NCBI GenBank assembly: GCA_001304015.1
Contig: LJUY01000009.1
Span: forward strand, 20,481 to 84,480
From: a candidate division Zixibacteria bacterium SM23_81
GTDB lineage: Bacteria; SM23-81
DNA: 64,000 nucleotides
Direction: 5' to 3'
How positions within the stretch are numbered: the stretch's first letter is position 1; each line of letters begins with the position of its first letter. The position numbers were made by a program, and so were the translations under genes. Positions 1-8,630 of the stretch are shown here, one piece after another. The notes beneath the pieces are model-generated. The model searched no databases, was not told where the DNA came from, and saw nothing but the letters and a program-made list of their open reading frames with translations.

Positions 1-1
1 C

Positions 2-1000
2 ATGAAGAAAATAACCACCACCGCCTTCATAATGGTCCTTGTCCTGATGCCCGGAGTCGCCTTCGCATGGCAGCCCTTCGTCAGCATGGGCGGCCAGCGA
101 GCGGGCACCTCTTCGGCCCAGTTCCTGAAGATCGGCGTGGGAGCCAGGGCTGCTGGCCTGGGCGAGGCCTTCGTAGCCATGGCTGACGATGCCTCGACCC
201 TCTACTGGAATCCCGCTGGGGTGGCCCTCCTCTCGGGAACTCAGGTGCACTTCACCCACGTCAGGTGGCCCGCGGACATTGAATATGAGTTCGTTGGCCT
301 CACCAGGAGCATCTCCGGGATTGGATCCATCGGGCTCAGCTTTGCCTCCCTGCACATGGATGATATGGAGGTAACCACTGAGTTTCAGCCCCATGGCACA
401 GGTGAATACTTCACCTATGGCGATTTTTTAGGGGCTCTGACCTATGCCCGTCGACTGACGGATCGGTTCACTTTCGGGATCAGCCTCAAGTACATCCAGG
501 AGGATCTGGCCGATTTGACCACCCATGGCTGGGTGGTGGACATGGGCACCTATTATCGCACCGGCTTCAAGAGCCTGCGCATCGCCGCCAACTTGGCCAA
601 TTTCGGAACCAACCTGCGGCCCGACGGAACCTTTCGGGGTTACGATGAACAGGGCGTGTGGGGTGAGCGCCGGTATGAGGCCTTTGCTCCGCCCACCGTC
701 TTCCGGCTGGGCACGGCCATGGAGCTTCTGGACCGGGACGATCATCGTTTGACTTGCTGCTTCGCCATGAACCACCCTGTGGACAACGCCGAGAACGCCT
801 CTGTGGGCCTGGAGTATCAGCTCTGGAAAGCCCTCTCCACTCGGATTGGCTACAAGTTCAACTATGACGAGGAACGGCTCACCCTGGGTGCTGGATGGCA
901 GCTGCCCTTGTGGTCCACTCAGACAAAGATAGATTACGCCTATACCGATTTCGGATTGTTGGACTCGGCCCACCGATTCTCATTCGATTTCTCTTTCTAA
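2..1000 (+). CDS. PorV/PorQ (UPF0164) family outer-membrane beta-barrel protein
   Basis: Signal peptide; family-like 'AQFLKIGVGARAAGLGEAFVAMADDASTLYWNPAG'; alternating beta-strands; C-terminal Phe (SFDFSF). Confidence 0.85.
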   Translation: MKKITTTAFIMVLVLMPGVAFAWQPFVSMGGQRAGTSSAQFLKIGVGARAAGLGEAFVAMADDASTLYWNPAGVALLSGTQVHFTHVRWPADIEYEFVGLTRSISGIGSIGLSFASLHMDDMEVTTEFQPHGTGEYFTYGDFLGALTYARRLTDRFTFGISLKYIQEDLADLTTHGWVVDMGTYYRTGFKSLRIAANLANFGTNLRPDGTFRGYDEQGVWGERRYEAFAPPTVFRLGTAMELLDRDDHRLTCCFAMNHPVDNAENASVGLEYQLWKALSTRIGYKFNYDEERLTLGAGWQLPLWSTQTKIDYAYTDFGLLDSAHRFSFDFSF

Positions 1001-1018
1001 TAGGAAGAGAGCACCACC

Positions 1019-1984
1019 ATGAAATATGGTCTACAAACATCTCTTCTCGCTGTGGTCATATTCGTCGCGACGGCCGGATGCGGCAAGAAGATGAAGCTCC
1101 CCACGGAGACCCCTCTGGACAAATGGGGGGCTGGTGACACCACTTATGTGCGCATCAATCCACCATGGAATGCCAACCACCCGTATGGCCAAGCATTCCA
1201 GAGCCCCAGAGACGTCATCGTAGGCCGAGACGGGAACATCTACGTGGCCGATAGCCTGTTCATCTGGCAATTGAATCGGGCTGGCCAAGTTCAACGTAAG
1301 TATCTGGTGCCCGGACTGGAGGACATCAAGGCCATTGGTCAGGATCTCACCGGCAAAATCTACGCGGTCCGCGGGGACTCCAATGTGTACAAACTGGATG
1401 GCACGTTCTTCGTCTCCCATCGAAAAGCTCGATACACGGGATTGGCCGTAGACGACGAGAACTGGATTTATCTGGCCGACTCGGGACGACAGATGCTGCT
1501 GAAATTCTTCACCGAAGATCCCTCAATGGCGGATACCCTGGCCACCTACGGTTCAGGAGGCGGCACCGTCGACCACCCCCGGGGCGTTACCATCGACGCC
1601 TTGTTAAACGTCTACTTCGCCCAGGAGGGGGGTAGCTTTCACGTTCAGAAGCTTCGGCCTTTCGGAGACGACTACCTGCCGGCCGTCTATTTCGGCCTGG
1701 AGGGTGACTCTCTGAAGGAGTTCATCACTCCCCAGGATGTGGCCGTGGACTTGGATGGCTATATCTACGTGGCCGATACGGGAAACCATCGCATCCAAAA
1801 ATTCACCTCTCATGCAGGTCTAAAAATCGCCTTCGGGGATAGCGGCTCCGCCGGAGATCAATTCATCTTCCCGGCGGGCATCGCCGTGGATGAGGATCTG
1901 ATCCTGTACATCGCCGATACCGGCAATAACCGAGTGGAGCGTTATCAGCTCTCCACCGAGGTGGATATCCCCGAAGAGCCCTGA
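1019..1984 (+). CDS. NHL-repeat (6-bladed beta-propeller) lipoprotein
   Basis: Lipobox TAGC; repeats such as 'PQDVAVDLDGYIYVADTGNHRIQKF' and 'PAGIAVDEDLILYIADTGNNRV'. Confidence 0.85.
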   Translation: MKYGLQTSLLAVVIFVATAGCGKKMKLPTETPLDKWGAGDTTYVRINPPWNANHPYGQAFQSPRDVIVGRDGNIYVADSLFIWQLNRAGQVQRKYLVPGLEDIKAIGQDLTGKIYAVRGDSNVYKLDGTFFVSHRKARYTGLAVDDENWIYLADSGRQMLLKFFTEDPSMADTLATYGSGGGTVDHPRGVTIDALLNVYFAQEGGSFHVQKLRPFGDDYLPAVYFGLEGDSLKEFITPQDVAVDLDGYIYVADTGNHRIQKFTSHAGLKIAFGDSGSAGDQFIFPAGIAVDEDLILYIADTGNNRVERYQLSTEVDIPEEP

Positions 1985-2040
1985 TCATCCCTGATAAAAA
2001 TTTCATGGTCCCGATTCTCACTTAAAGGAGTGCTTTAAGT

Positions 2041-3291
2041 ATGGCGGCTATTCTCTGCCTCTTCGAAGATCCCGGCTATCGGAAACTTCTCCCTCTGGCA
2101 TACACCCGGCCAGTCTACGATCTGCAGTGCGGAACCTGCACCCTGGGCGAAAAGATCACTCGCCAATACACGCAGACCACCATCGTGGCACACTGTCGAC
2201 CGGAGTTGGCCGCGGTTGTGAAAAAGGTCTATCCAAAACTTCCTGTCAACGAGCTGCCCCGCGAGGCCTGCTTGTTGATCAACGGCCGCCTTCTGGCAGA
2301 TGAAACCCTCAACGTGAAGATCCCGCAGGAGGGGGAAGACTGCCTGTTTACATCTGGCGACACCCTCGTGGCGGCCCGAGTCAGCGGTAAAAATCTCGAA
2401 GGGCTGCGCTCCAAAATGGACTCAGGTCCTATTACCCCCGACCTGTTGCCCGTTGACCGAACCCAGGAGGTTGAGGTTCAGCTGATTGAATACCCATGGG
2501 ATCTAGTACACCAAAATGGTCCACAAATCGAGGCTGACTGGGAGCTTTCTGGCTATCATGGGCAGATCGAGGGTCACATATATGATGGCGCAATCCTGAT
2601 GAACCGCGACGAGATCTTCATAGGTCAGGGAGCTAAGGTCAAGCCGGGAGCAATACTGGATGCTGAAAAAGGCCCTGTCATCATCGAGCCCGGGGCGACC
2701 ATTTTTCCCAACGCCGCCATCGAGGGGCCAGCTTTCATCGGCGAAAAAAGCCTCATCAAGATCGGGGCCAAGATCTACGAAGGCACCAGCATCGGAGAGG
2801 TGTGCAAGGTGGGCGGCGAGCTGGAGGAGACCATCGTCCACAGCTACAGCAATAAGCAGCACGACGGCTTTCTAGGTCACTCCTATCTGGGGATGTGGGT
2901 CAACCTGGGCGCTGACACGAACAACAGCGATCTGAAGAATAATTATGGCAACGTGAAGGTATATGTGGACGGGGAGATGGTGGACTCGGGCTCCATGTTT
3001 GTGGGATTGACTATGGGAGACCACTCCAAATCGGGCATCAACACCATGTTCAACACGGGCACCGTGGTCGGTGTGAGCTGCAATGTCTACGGCGGCGGGT
3101 TCCCTCCCAAGTTCATCCCCTCTTTCACCTGGGGAGGAGCCGAGGGATTGGTGGAATACCGGTTGGACAAGGCCTTGGAGACGGCTCGGGCGGTGATGAA
3201 CCGCAGAAAGATCGACCTAACAGCCGCAGATGAGAAGCTGATCAGGGGGATCTTTGAGGCTACGGCGAAGGAGAGGGCTAATTTGAAATAA
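2041..3291 (+). CDS. GlmU-like putative sugar nucleotidyltransferase/acyltransferase (Bacteroidota-type)
   Basis: N-terminal 'LLPLAYTRPV', hexapeptide left-handed beta-helix repeats, 'SNKQHDGFLGHSYLG', 'NSDLKNNY'; RBS AAGGAG. Confidence 0.8.
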   Translation: MAAILCLFEDPGYRKLLPLAYTRPVYDLQCGTCTLGEKITRQYTQTTIVAHCRPELAAVVKKVYPKLPVNELPREACLLINGRLLADETLNVKIPQEGEDCLFTSGDTLVAARVSGKNLEGLRSKMDSGPITPDLLPVDRTQEVEVQLIEYPWDLVHQNGPQIEADWELSGYHGQIEGHIYDGAILMNRDEIFIGQGAKVKPGAILDAEKGPVIIEPGATIFPNAAIEGPAFIGEKSLIKIGAKIYEGTSIGEVCKVGGELEETIVHSYSNKQHDGFLGHSYLGMWVNLGADTNNSDLKNNYGNVKVYVDGEMVDSGSMFVGLTMGDHSKSGINTMFNTGTVVGVSCNVYGGGFPPKFIPSFTWGGAEGLVEYRLDKALETARAVMNRRKIDLTAADEKLIRGIFEATAKERANLK

Positions 3292-3330
3292 TCCCCAAAA
3301 GAGCAAGTGCTAAAAAAAGATCGAAAGTCC

Positions 3331-3361
3331 AAAAAGCCTGGTCTCACCATCCGGGCTTTTT
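3331..3361. terminator. Intrinsic terminator-like hairpin
   Basis: aaaaagcctgg...ccgggcttttt with A/T tails on both sides, downstream of the GlmU-like gene. Confidence 0.55.
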
Positions 3362-3445
3362 CCATGTTCGGTCAAATCGTTCCCCCTTTCTAGAGGCCCA
3401 CGACCTTCTCCTGGAAAATCCCCAGGGAAAAGGGAAAATAATCCC

Positions 3446-3474
3446 TTGACATCTAGGTCAGTAGTTACTACCAT
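3446..3474 (+). promoter_or_regulatory. Sigma70-type promoter of the corrinoid/ThyA operon
   Basis: TTGACA-17 bp-TACCAT. Confidence 0.55.
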
Positions 3475-3539
3475 AAAAGACTTCGAGGAAGGGAAGATTT
3501 AGGGGCTAGTGTCAGACTTAAACCAGCATCGGAAAAGAA

Positions 3540-4202
3540 ATGTCAGGTCTCGCCCAAATCTCGCAGCGCCTCATCGGAGGGGATATCCAAGGGGTTCTGG
3601 ACCTTGCGGCAGAAGCCCTGAGCGCCGGCGTTCCGGCCCAGGACATCCTCAACCAAGGACTGTTGCCGGGAATGAAGGTGGTGGGTGAGAAATTTAAAAA
3701 GAACCTCATCTACATACCGGAAGTGGTCCTGTCGGCCAAGGCCATGCAGGCCGCAATGGAGCTTCTTCGCCCTCACTTGGAGGCCGGGCAGATAAAACCA
3801 ATGGCCACCGTGGTTATCGGCACGGTCCAGGGAGATCTTCACGATATCGGTAAAAATCTGGTGGCCATGATGTTCAAGGGGTCCGGCTTTGAGGTGGTTG
3901 ATCTGGGCATCGACGTGAGCCCCGAGCAGTTTGTTCAGGAAGCGGCCCGGAGAAAGGCCCATATATTAGCCCTCTCGGCCCTGCTGACCACCTCCATGCC
4001 CAACATGAAAAAGACCCTGGATCTCCTCTCGGAGAGGGGCCTTCGAGGGGGATTGATCACCATGGTAGGAGGCGCTCCCCTGACCCAGGCGTACGCCGAC
4101 CAGATTGGAGCCGATGGATATGCCCAAAACGCCAGCCTGGCTGTGGAGAGGGTCAAAGAGCTGTTGAAATCGAGAACTCCTCAATCCTCTCAGGAGTCGT
4201 AG
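3540..4202 (+). CDS. Methyltransferase cognate corrinoid (B12-binding) protein, MtbC/MetH-cap family
   Basis: Cap domain plus intact DxHxxG motif (GDLHDIGKNLV), SALLT, GGA. Confidence 0.92.
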   Translation: MSGLAQISQRLIGGDIQGVLDLAAEALSAGVPAQDILNQGLLPGMKVVGEKFKKNLIYIPEVVLSAKAMQAAMELLRPHLEAGQIKPMATVVIGTVQGDLHDIGKNLVAMMFKGSGFEVVDLGIDVSPEQFVQEAARRKAHILALSALLTTSMPNMKKTLDLLSERGLRGGLITMVGGAPLTQAYADQIGADGYAQNASLAVERVKELLKSRTPQSSQES

Positions 4203-4206
4203 CCAC

Positions 4207-5004
4207 ATGATCATCGTGGGAGAACTGATCAACGGCACTCGTCAGGCCATCGCCAAAGCCGTGGCCCAGCGGGATGCCAAGACCATCTTGAACGTGGCCC
4301 AAAAGCAGGTGGAAGCCGGCGCTCATTTGCTGGACATCAACGCTGGAACCGATCCGGATCGAGAAGTTGAAGATCTCCTCTGGCTCCTGGAAGTGGTCTT
4401 GGAAAATTTGGACGTCCCCCTGTGCATTGACAGCCCCAATTTTCAAGCCATGGAGATTGGCCTCAAAAAAGCCCAACAGCGAGCCGCGATGATCAACTCC
4501 ATCACCGGGGAGACTCAACGACTGGAGGCGTTCCTTCCCCTCATCAAGACGTGCCAAAGCCAGATCATCATCCTATGCATGGACGACTCTGGAATCCCGG
4601 AGACGCCAGGGGGACGTCTGGAAATAGCCGCTAATCTAGTAGAGAAGCTGACCGCCCACGGCGTTCAGGCCAGTCGGCTCTTTTTTGATCCCATCATTCG
4701 CCCGGTCAGCACTGATTTCCAGGCTGGACAGATTCCCCGGGACACGCTGAGATTGATCAAGAAAGAACTGCCCGGGGTCAACACCATCTGCGGCTTAAGC
4801 AACATCTCCTTTGGTCTCCCTCAGCGGCAGCTGCTCAACCGCAATTATCTCACAATTCTATTGGCCGAGGGTCTCGATGCAGCCATCCTCGATCCCACCG
4901 ACGGTGCTCTGATGGCCAATTTAGCTACCACTCAAGCTTTGTTGGGCAAAGATAAACACTGCCTGAACTACATCTCCGCCTATCGAGAGGGCAAGCTGGC
5001 GTAA
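4207..5004 (+). CDS. Methyltetrahydrofolate:corrinoid methyltransferase (pterin-binding, AcsE/MT2-like)
   Basis: IIVGELIN, LDINAG, LCIDSP, INSITGE, FDP, CGLSNISFGLP motifs. Confidence 0.9.
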   Translation: MIIVGELINGTRQAIAKAVAQRDAKTILNVAQKQVEAGAHLLDINAGTDPDREVEDLLWLLEVVLENLDVPLCIDSPNFQAMEIGLKKAQQRAAMINSITGETQRLEAFLPLIKTCQSQIIILCMDDSGIPETPGGRLEIAANLVEKLTAHGVQASRLFFDPIIRPVSTDFQAGQIPRDTLRLIKKELPGVNTICGLSNISFGLPQRQLLNRNYLTILLAEGLDAAILDPTDGALMANLATTQALLGKDKHCLNYISAYREGKLA

Positions 5005-5065
5005 AACCATTGGGAGTCCCAGGGCCAAGGCTTGAACTCCATTCGCCAAAAAGGGAGAAATTGCG

Positions 5066-5752
5066 GTGAAGCACCGGGACGTGAGGACCGAGTTAATTGA
5101 GGTCTGTCGTTGGTTGGCTCAACGGGCCTTTGTCGCCGCCGACGACGGGTCCGTCAGCGCGAAAGCAGCACCCGATCAGATTCTGATCACGCCCCGAGGA
5201 AAAAGTCTGGGACGAATCACCCCAGATCAACTGATTCAGTGCCATCTGGAAGAAGAGAGGCTCGGCGGAGAGGTTGAGCCCTCACCAGCCCTTCGCCTCC
5301 ACTTGGCCGCCTACCTTCAAAGGACGGAGATCACCGCGGTTATCCAGGCGCAGCCCCCTGCAGCCACTGCATTCGCCGTCGCCGGTATACCCCTAGTGCA
5401 GCCGATCCTTCCCGAAACGGTCCTGACCTTGGGCTCGGTGCCCATGGTGTCATACGCCACTCCCTTCACCGCGGAGGCTGCCCAGGCCATCGGGCAATCA
5501 ATTCTGGGACACGACGCACTGCTTCTGAAAAATCGCGGTATTGTGACAGTGGGGCTTGACCTCATGGACGCCCTGCAGAAACTGGAACGGGTGGAACAAC
5601 TGGCCTCTGTCCTGCTTGCGGCGAAATCTCTTGATCACATCGACATACTCTCCGGAAACCAGGTGAACAAGCTCTTGGCTCTTCGAGAAAATCTTAAACT
5701 CAGGGGGAAAAATCCCTGGGTGATGCCTCACCAGGAGAAAAAGAATGGCTGA
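5066..5752 (+). CDS. Class II aldolase/adducin-family protein with degenerate Zn site
   Basis: Fold motifs (DGSVS, ILITPRG, HLAAY, LLLKNRGIV) present, but HxH is QAQ, NHG is NRG and PSxE is PSPA. Confidence 0.8.
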   Translation: MKHRDVRTELIEVCRWLAQRAFVAADDGSVSAKAAPDQILITPRGKSLGRITPDQLIQCHLEEERLGGEVEPSPALRLHLAAYLQRTEITAVIQAQPPAATAFAVAGIPLVQPILPETVLTLGSVPMVSYATPFTAEAAQAIGQSILGHDALLLKNRGIVTVGLDLMDALQKLERVEQLASVLLAAKSLDHIDILSGNQVNKLLALRENLKLRGKNPWVMPHQEKKNG

Positions 5753-6560
5753 GGGACACATTCCCCTGCTCACCGTTCGGGCTAGGACCCTTCCCCTGGC
5801 CTGGGAAAAAGCGGTGCTTCTCTGTTGGGCCAAGGGCGCATCCGTGTGTACCGAATACGACCGTGTCGGAGATCCGCCCAGCCGCGACTGCACCATGGCG
5901 ATCACCGTCACCGCTCCCCTGGCCGAGCCCAGAATCCATCGAGCCTTCCCGGGAAGCCTGGAAGACCTTGAGATCTATCGGCAAGAAGTGGTCAATGGCA
6001 TCCACGATCATTGGATCTCTCCCCAGGAGGGAAAATGGACCTACACCTACCACCAGCGCTTGTTCGAATATGATGCCGGCAAGCAGGCCGTTGATCAGAT
6101 TGCCTTCATGGTGGAGAAACTCTCCCGGATCCCCTTTTCTCGCCGAGCCCAGGCCATCACCTGGAATCCCCAAATTGATCCCCCCACCAACGATCCCCCC
6201 TGTCTGCAGCGAATATGGTGTCGGCTGATCCCCGGTCGCTCTGGCTTAGTTTTGAACATGAACGCCCACTGGCGATCGCGGGATGCCTATAAAGCGGCTT
6301 TTATGAACATGTTCGCCCTGACGGATCTCCAGCGTTACATCGCTGAGAACCTGGCGGCTCGCCTGGGCCAAAAAATCCGCATCGGCCGATATGTGGATAT
6401 CAGCGACAGCTTTCACATCTACGGGTCATATGCCCAGGAGTTCCAGCAATTTCTACACACCACTCAGGAAAGAACCTTCTCAGACCGGGTGTGGAACTCG
6501 TCTTTCGCAGAGCCCTTTTTCCAGGATGCTCGCAAGAGAGTTGATGGGGAGATGACCTGA
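5745..6560 (+). CDS. thyA: Thymidylate synthase-like protein, archaeal type
   Basis: SRRA (phosphate-binding Arg pair), DPPCLQ (catalytic Cys), WRSRD, FMN (dUMP-specifying Asn), SFHIY. Confidence 0.78.
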   Translation: MAEGHIPLLTVRARTLPLAWEKAVLLCWAKGASVCTEYDRVGDPPSRDCTMAITVTAPLAEPRIHRAFPGSLEDLEIYRQEVVNGIHDHWISPQEGKWTYTYHQRLFEYDAGKQAVDQIAFMVEKLSRIPFSRRAQAITWNPQIDPPTNDPPCLQRIWCRLIPGRSGLVLNMNAHWRSRDAYKAAFMNMFALTDLQRYIAENLAARLGQKIRIGRYVDISDSFHIYGSYAQEFQQFLHTTQERTFSDRVWNSSFAEPFFQDARKRVDGEMT

Positions 6561-6574
6561 AGCCGGAAATCTCC

Positions 6575-7939
6575 GTGGTCGACCAAAAACTACATAAGCA
6601 ATTCCACCAAATCCTCGGGCCCAAGGGGATCCTGGTCGCCCCCCAAGATCTCTCTCATTTCTCCCAAGATGCCTCCCGTATCCACTCTCCGCCCTCGGTG
6701 GTCCTACAGCCTCAAACCACCTCTCAAGTCGCTAAAATCATAGAGCTGGCCCATGAACACCGCCTACCCATATCCATCCGGGGAGGAGGCACGGGGCTGG
6801 ACGGCGACGCGGTGGCCCCACGGGATGGCCTCCTAGTCAGCTTGAAGAAGATGAACCGGATCAAGGAGATCTCTCCTGAAAATACGGTGGCCGTGGTTCA
6901 GCCCGGCGTGATGACAGCACGGATAAACGATCAATTGAGGTCCTCTGATCTCTTCTATCCTATAGATCCCGCCAGCCAAGGTCAGGGCACCATCGGCGGC
7001 GATGTGGCCACGGGAGCCCACGGGCTCCGCACAGCGAAGTACGGCAGCATCTACAATTACCTGTTGGGCCTGGAGGTGGTGACGCCACCCGGAGAGGTCA
7101 TTCGCTGCGGAGCCAAAACTCTCAAATGTGCCACGGGGTATCATCTCACCGATCTGTTTGCCGGCTCTCGAGGTCAGTTCGGCGTCATCACTGAGATTGT
7201 CCTGAAGCTTTTGCCCAGGCCCCAGGCCCGGGCCTCCCTGATGGCCACTTTCCATGAAGCAGCTCAGGCTCATCGGGTCAGGGAAGTCCTCATGCGAGAG
7301 AATATATGGCCCTCGCGACTGGAGTTACTGGATAGTTCCGCCGTAGAGAGAGGATTGTCGGACCTCAAACTAGATCTCTGGCCCAATCAGGTTCTCCTGC
7401 TGGCGGAGCTGGACGGATCAAAGTCTTTATTGAAAGACGATGTGGAGATGGCTGTGAAGATCCTGGCCCAGGAAGGTGGAGGGCGAATCCAACCAGCAGA
7501 AGATGAGCGCCAGGCTGAGCTGTGGTGGCGGTTGCGGGGTTCATTGCTCTCCGCTCTGGTGGGAGAAACCGATATGGCCCTCCTGCTCACCTTCATCTTG
7601 CCAGGAAGTAAAACGGCTCTGTTTTTTGAGAAACTGTCCTCTATCTGCGGGACGGATCCAATAACTCATTACATCTATGGCCACCTTGCGGAGGGACGTT
7701 GGCATGCGGTGCTACTGGCCAAGGGCGGCGAGAGTGCCAGGACACGGGATCTTACCCGATTGGCCAGGAATATCCATAAAACAGCCGGCTCTCTGGGCGG
7801 CAGAATCCTTCGGCCGCATGCCATCGGCTTTGATCCTGGAAAATCTCTGCAGCCATCAAGAGATGGCGGACAGGAAAGGCTATGGTCAGCCCTGAAGAGC
7901 CGCTTCGATCCGCGAGGAATCTTAAATCCCCATGAGTGA
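6575..7939 (+). CDS. FAD-binding oxidoreductase, GlcD/D-2-hydroxyacid dehydrogenase family (divergent)
   Basis: RGGGTG, IDPAS, TIGGDVATG, K..TGYHLTDLF.GS.G, C-terminal FDPRGILNP. Confidence 0.82.
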   Translation: MVDQKLHKQFHQILGPKGILVAPQDLSHFSQDASRIHSPPSVVLQPQTTSQVAKIIELAHEHRLPISIRGGGTGLDGDAVAPRDGLLVSLKKMNRIKEISPENTVAVVQPGVMTARINDQLRSSDLFYPIDPASQGQGTIGGDVATGAHGLRTAKYGSIYNYLLGLEVVTPPGEVIRCGAKTLKCATGYHLTDLFAGSRGQFGVITEIVLKLLPRPQARASLMATFHEAAQAHRVREVLMRENIWPSRLELLDSSAVERGLSDLKLDLWPNQVLLLAELDGSKSLLKDDVEMAVKILAQEGGGRIQPAEDERQAELWWRLRGSLLSALVGETDMALLLTFILPGSKTALFFEKLSSICGTDPITHYIYGHLAEGRWHAVLLAKGGESARTRDLTRLARNIHKTAGSLGGRILRPHAIGFDPGKSLQPSRDGGQERLWSALKSRFDPRGILNPHE

Positions 7940-7978
7940 AAAGATCGACCCTTTTAGCTCATGTTTTAAGAAATCTGA

Positions 7979-8005
7979 GGAATATTCTCGGCCCTTGAGT
8001 GTATA
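7979..8005 (+). promoter_or_regulatory. Putative ECF autoregulatory promoter
   Basis: GGAATA-15 bp-TGTATA; the same motif and spacing recur at 9741-9767. Confidence 0.5.
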
Positions 8006-8014
8006 GGAATATGA

Positions 8015-8611
8015 ATGACTACGTTAAGTGTGCCTTCCGAAGACTCCAAAACTGCCCAAGTCACCGATGCGGATCTGATCCGAGGGGTTAAGGAAGGTCG
8101 AAGAGAGTGCTTTGACCAGCTGGTTCTGCGCCATCAGCGGAGAGTATATGCCATCACGCGCCAGATGACCTCCCATCACCAGGACGCAGACGACCTGGCC
8201 CAAGAGGCCTTCCTGGCAGCCTATCGAGCCATGGAGCGATTTGATGAACGGCAGAGCTTTTCGGCCTATCTTTGCCGTATCGCCATCAATTTGTCCATCA
8301 ATCACCTTCGCAGGAGAAAGAGATGGCTGAAAATCTGGACAAAGAGCAGAGAGGAGGCTGGAGATCGCACCATGGGTGGCAAAGCTGTAAGCCCGCAGAA
8401 ACAATTGGAACAGAAAGAGCTACTGAGCAGACTGGAAAAGGCCATGGATGCTCTTCCCGCGCACCAAAAGGCCGTTTTGGTCCTCAAGGTGCATCAGGAG
8501 ATGAGCTACCAGGACATCGCCCAAACCTTGAAGATATCCCTGGGTACGGTGATGTCACGCCTCCATCGAGCCCGTCGTCATCTGAGGTCACAGCTCGAAG
8601 ACCTTCTGTAA
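8015..8611 (+). CDS. ECF RNA polymerase sigma factor
   Basis: Region 2 (DADDLAQEAFL...YLCRIAIN) and region 4 (SYQDIAQTLKISLGTVMSRLHRAR). Confidence 0.93.
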   Translation: MTTLSVPSEDSKTAQVTDADLIRGVKEGRRECFDQLVLRHQRRVYAITRQMTSHHQDADDLAQEAFLAAYRAMERFDERQSFSAYLCRIAINLSINHLRRRKRWLKIWTKSREEAGDRTMGGKAVSPQKQLEQKELLSRLEKAMDALPAHQKAVLVLKVHQEMSYQDIAQTLKISLGTVMSRLHRARRHLRSQLEDLL

Positions 8612-8630
8612 GCCCAAGAGGTGAGCTATT

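Noticed and set aside
3292-3539. Cobalamin riboswitch upstream of the corrinoid gene
   Set aside because: No B12-box or conserved core recognised; the predicted leader is only ~60 nt
3540-6574. Pyrrolysine or selenocysteine read-through in the methyltransferase operon
   Set aside because: Proteins are full-length at their stops, and the genes after the TAG (4200) and TGA (6558) stops are out of frame
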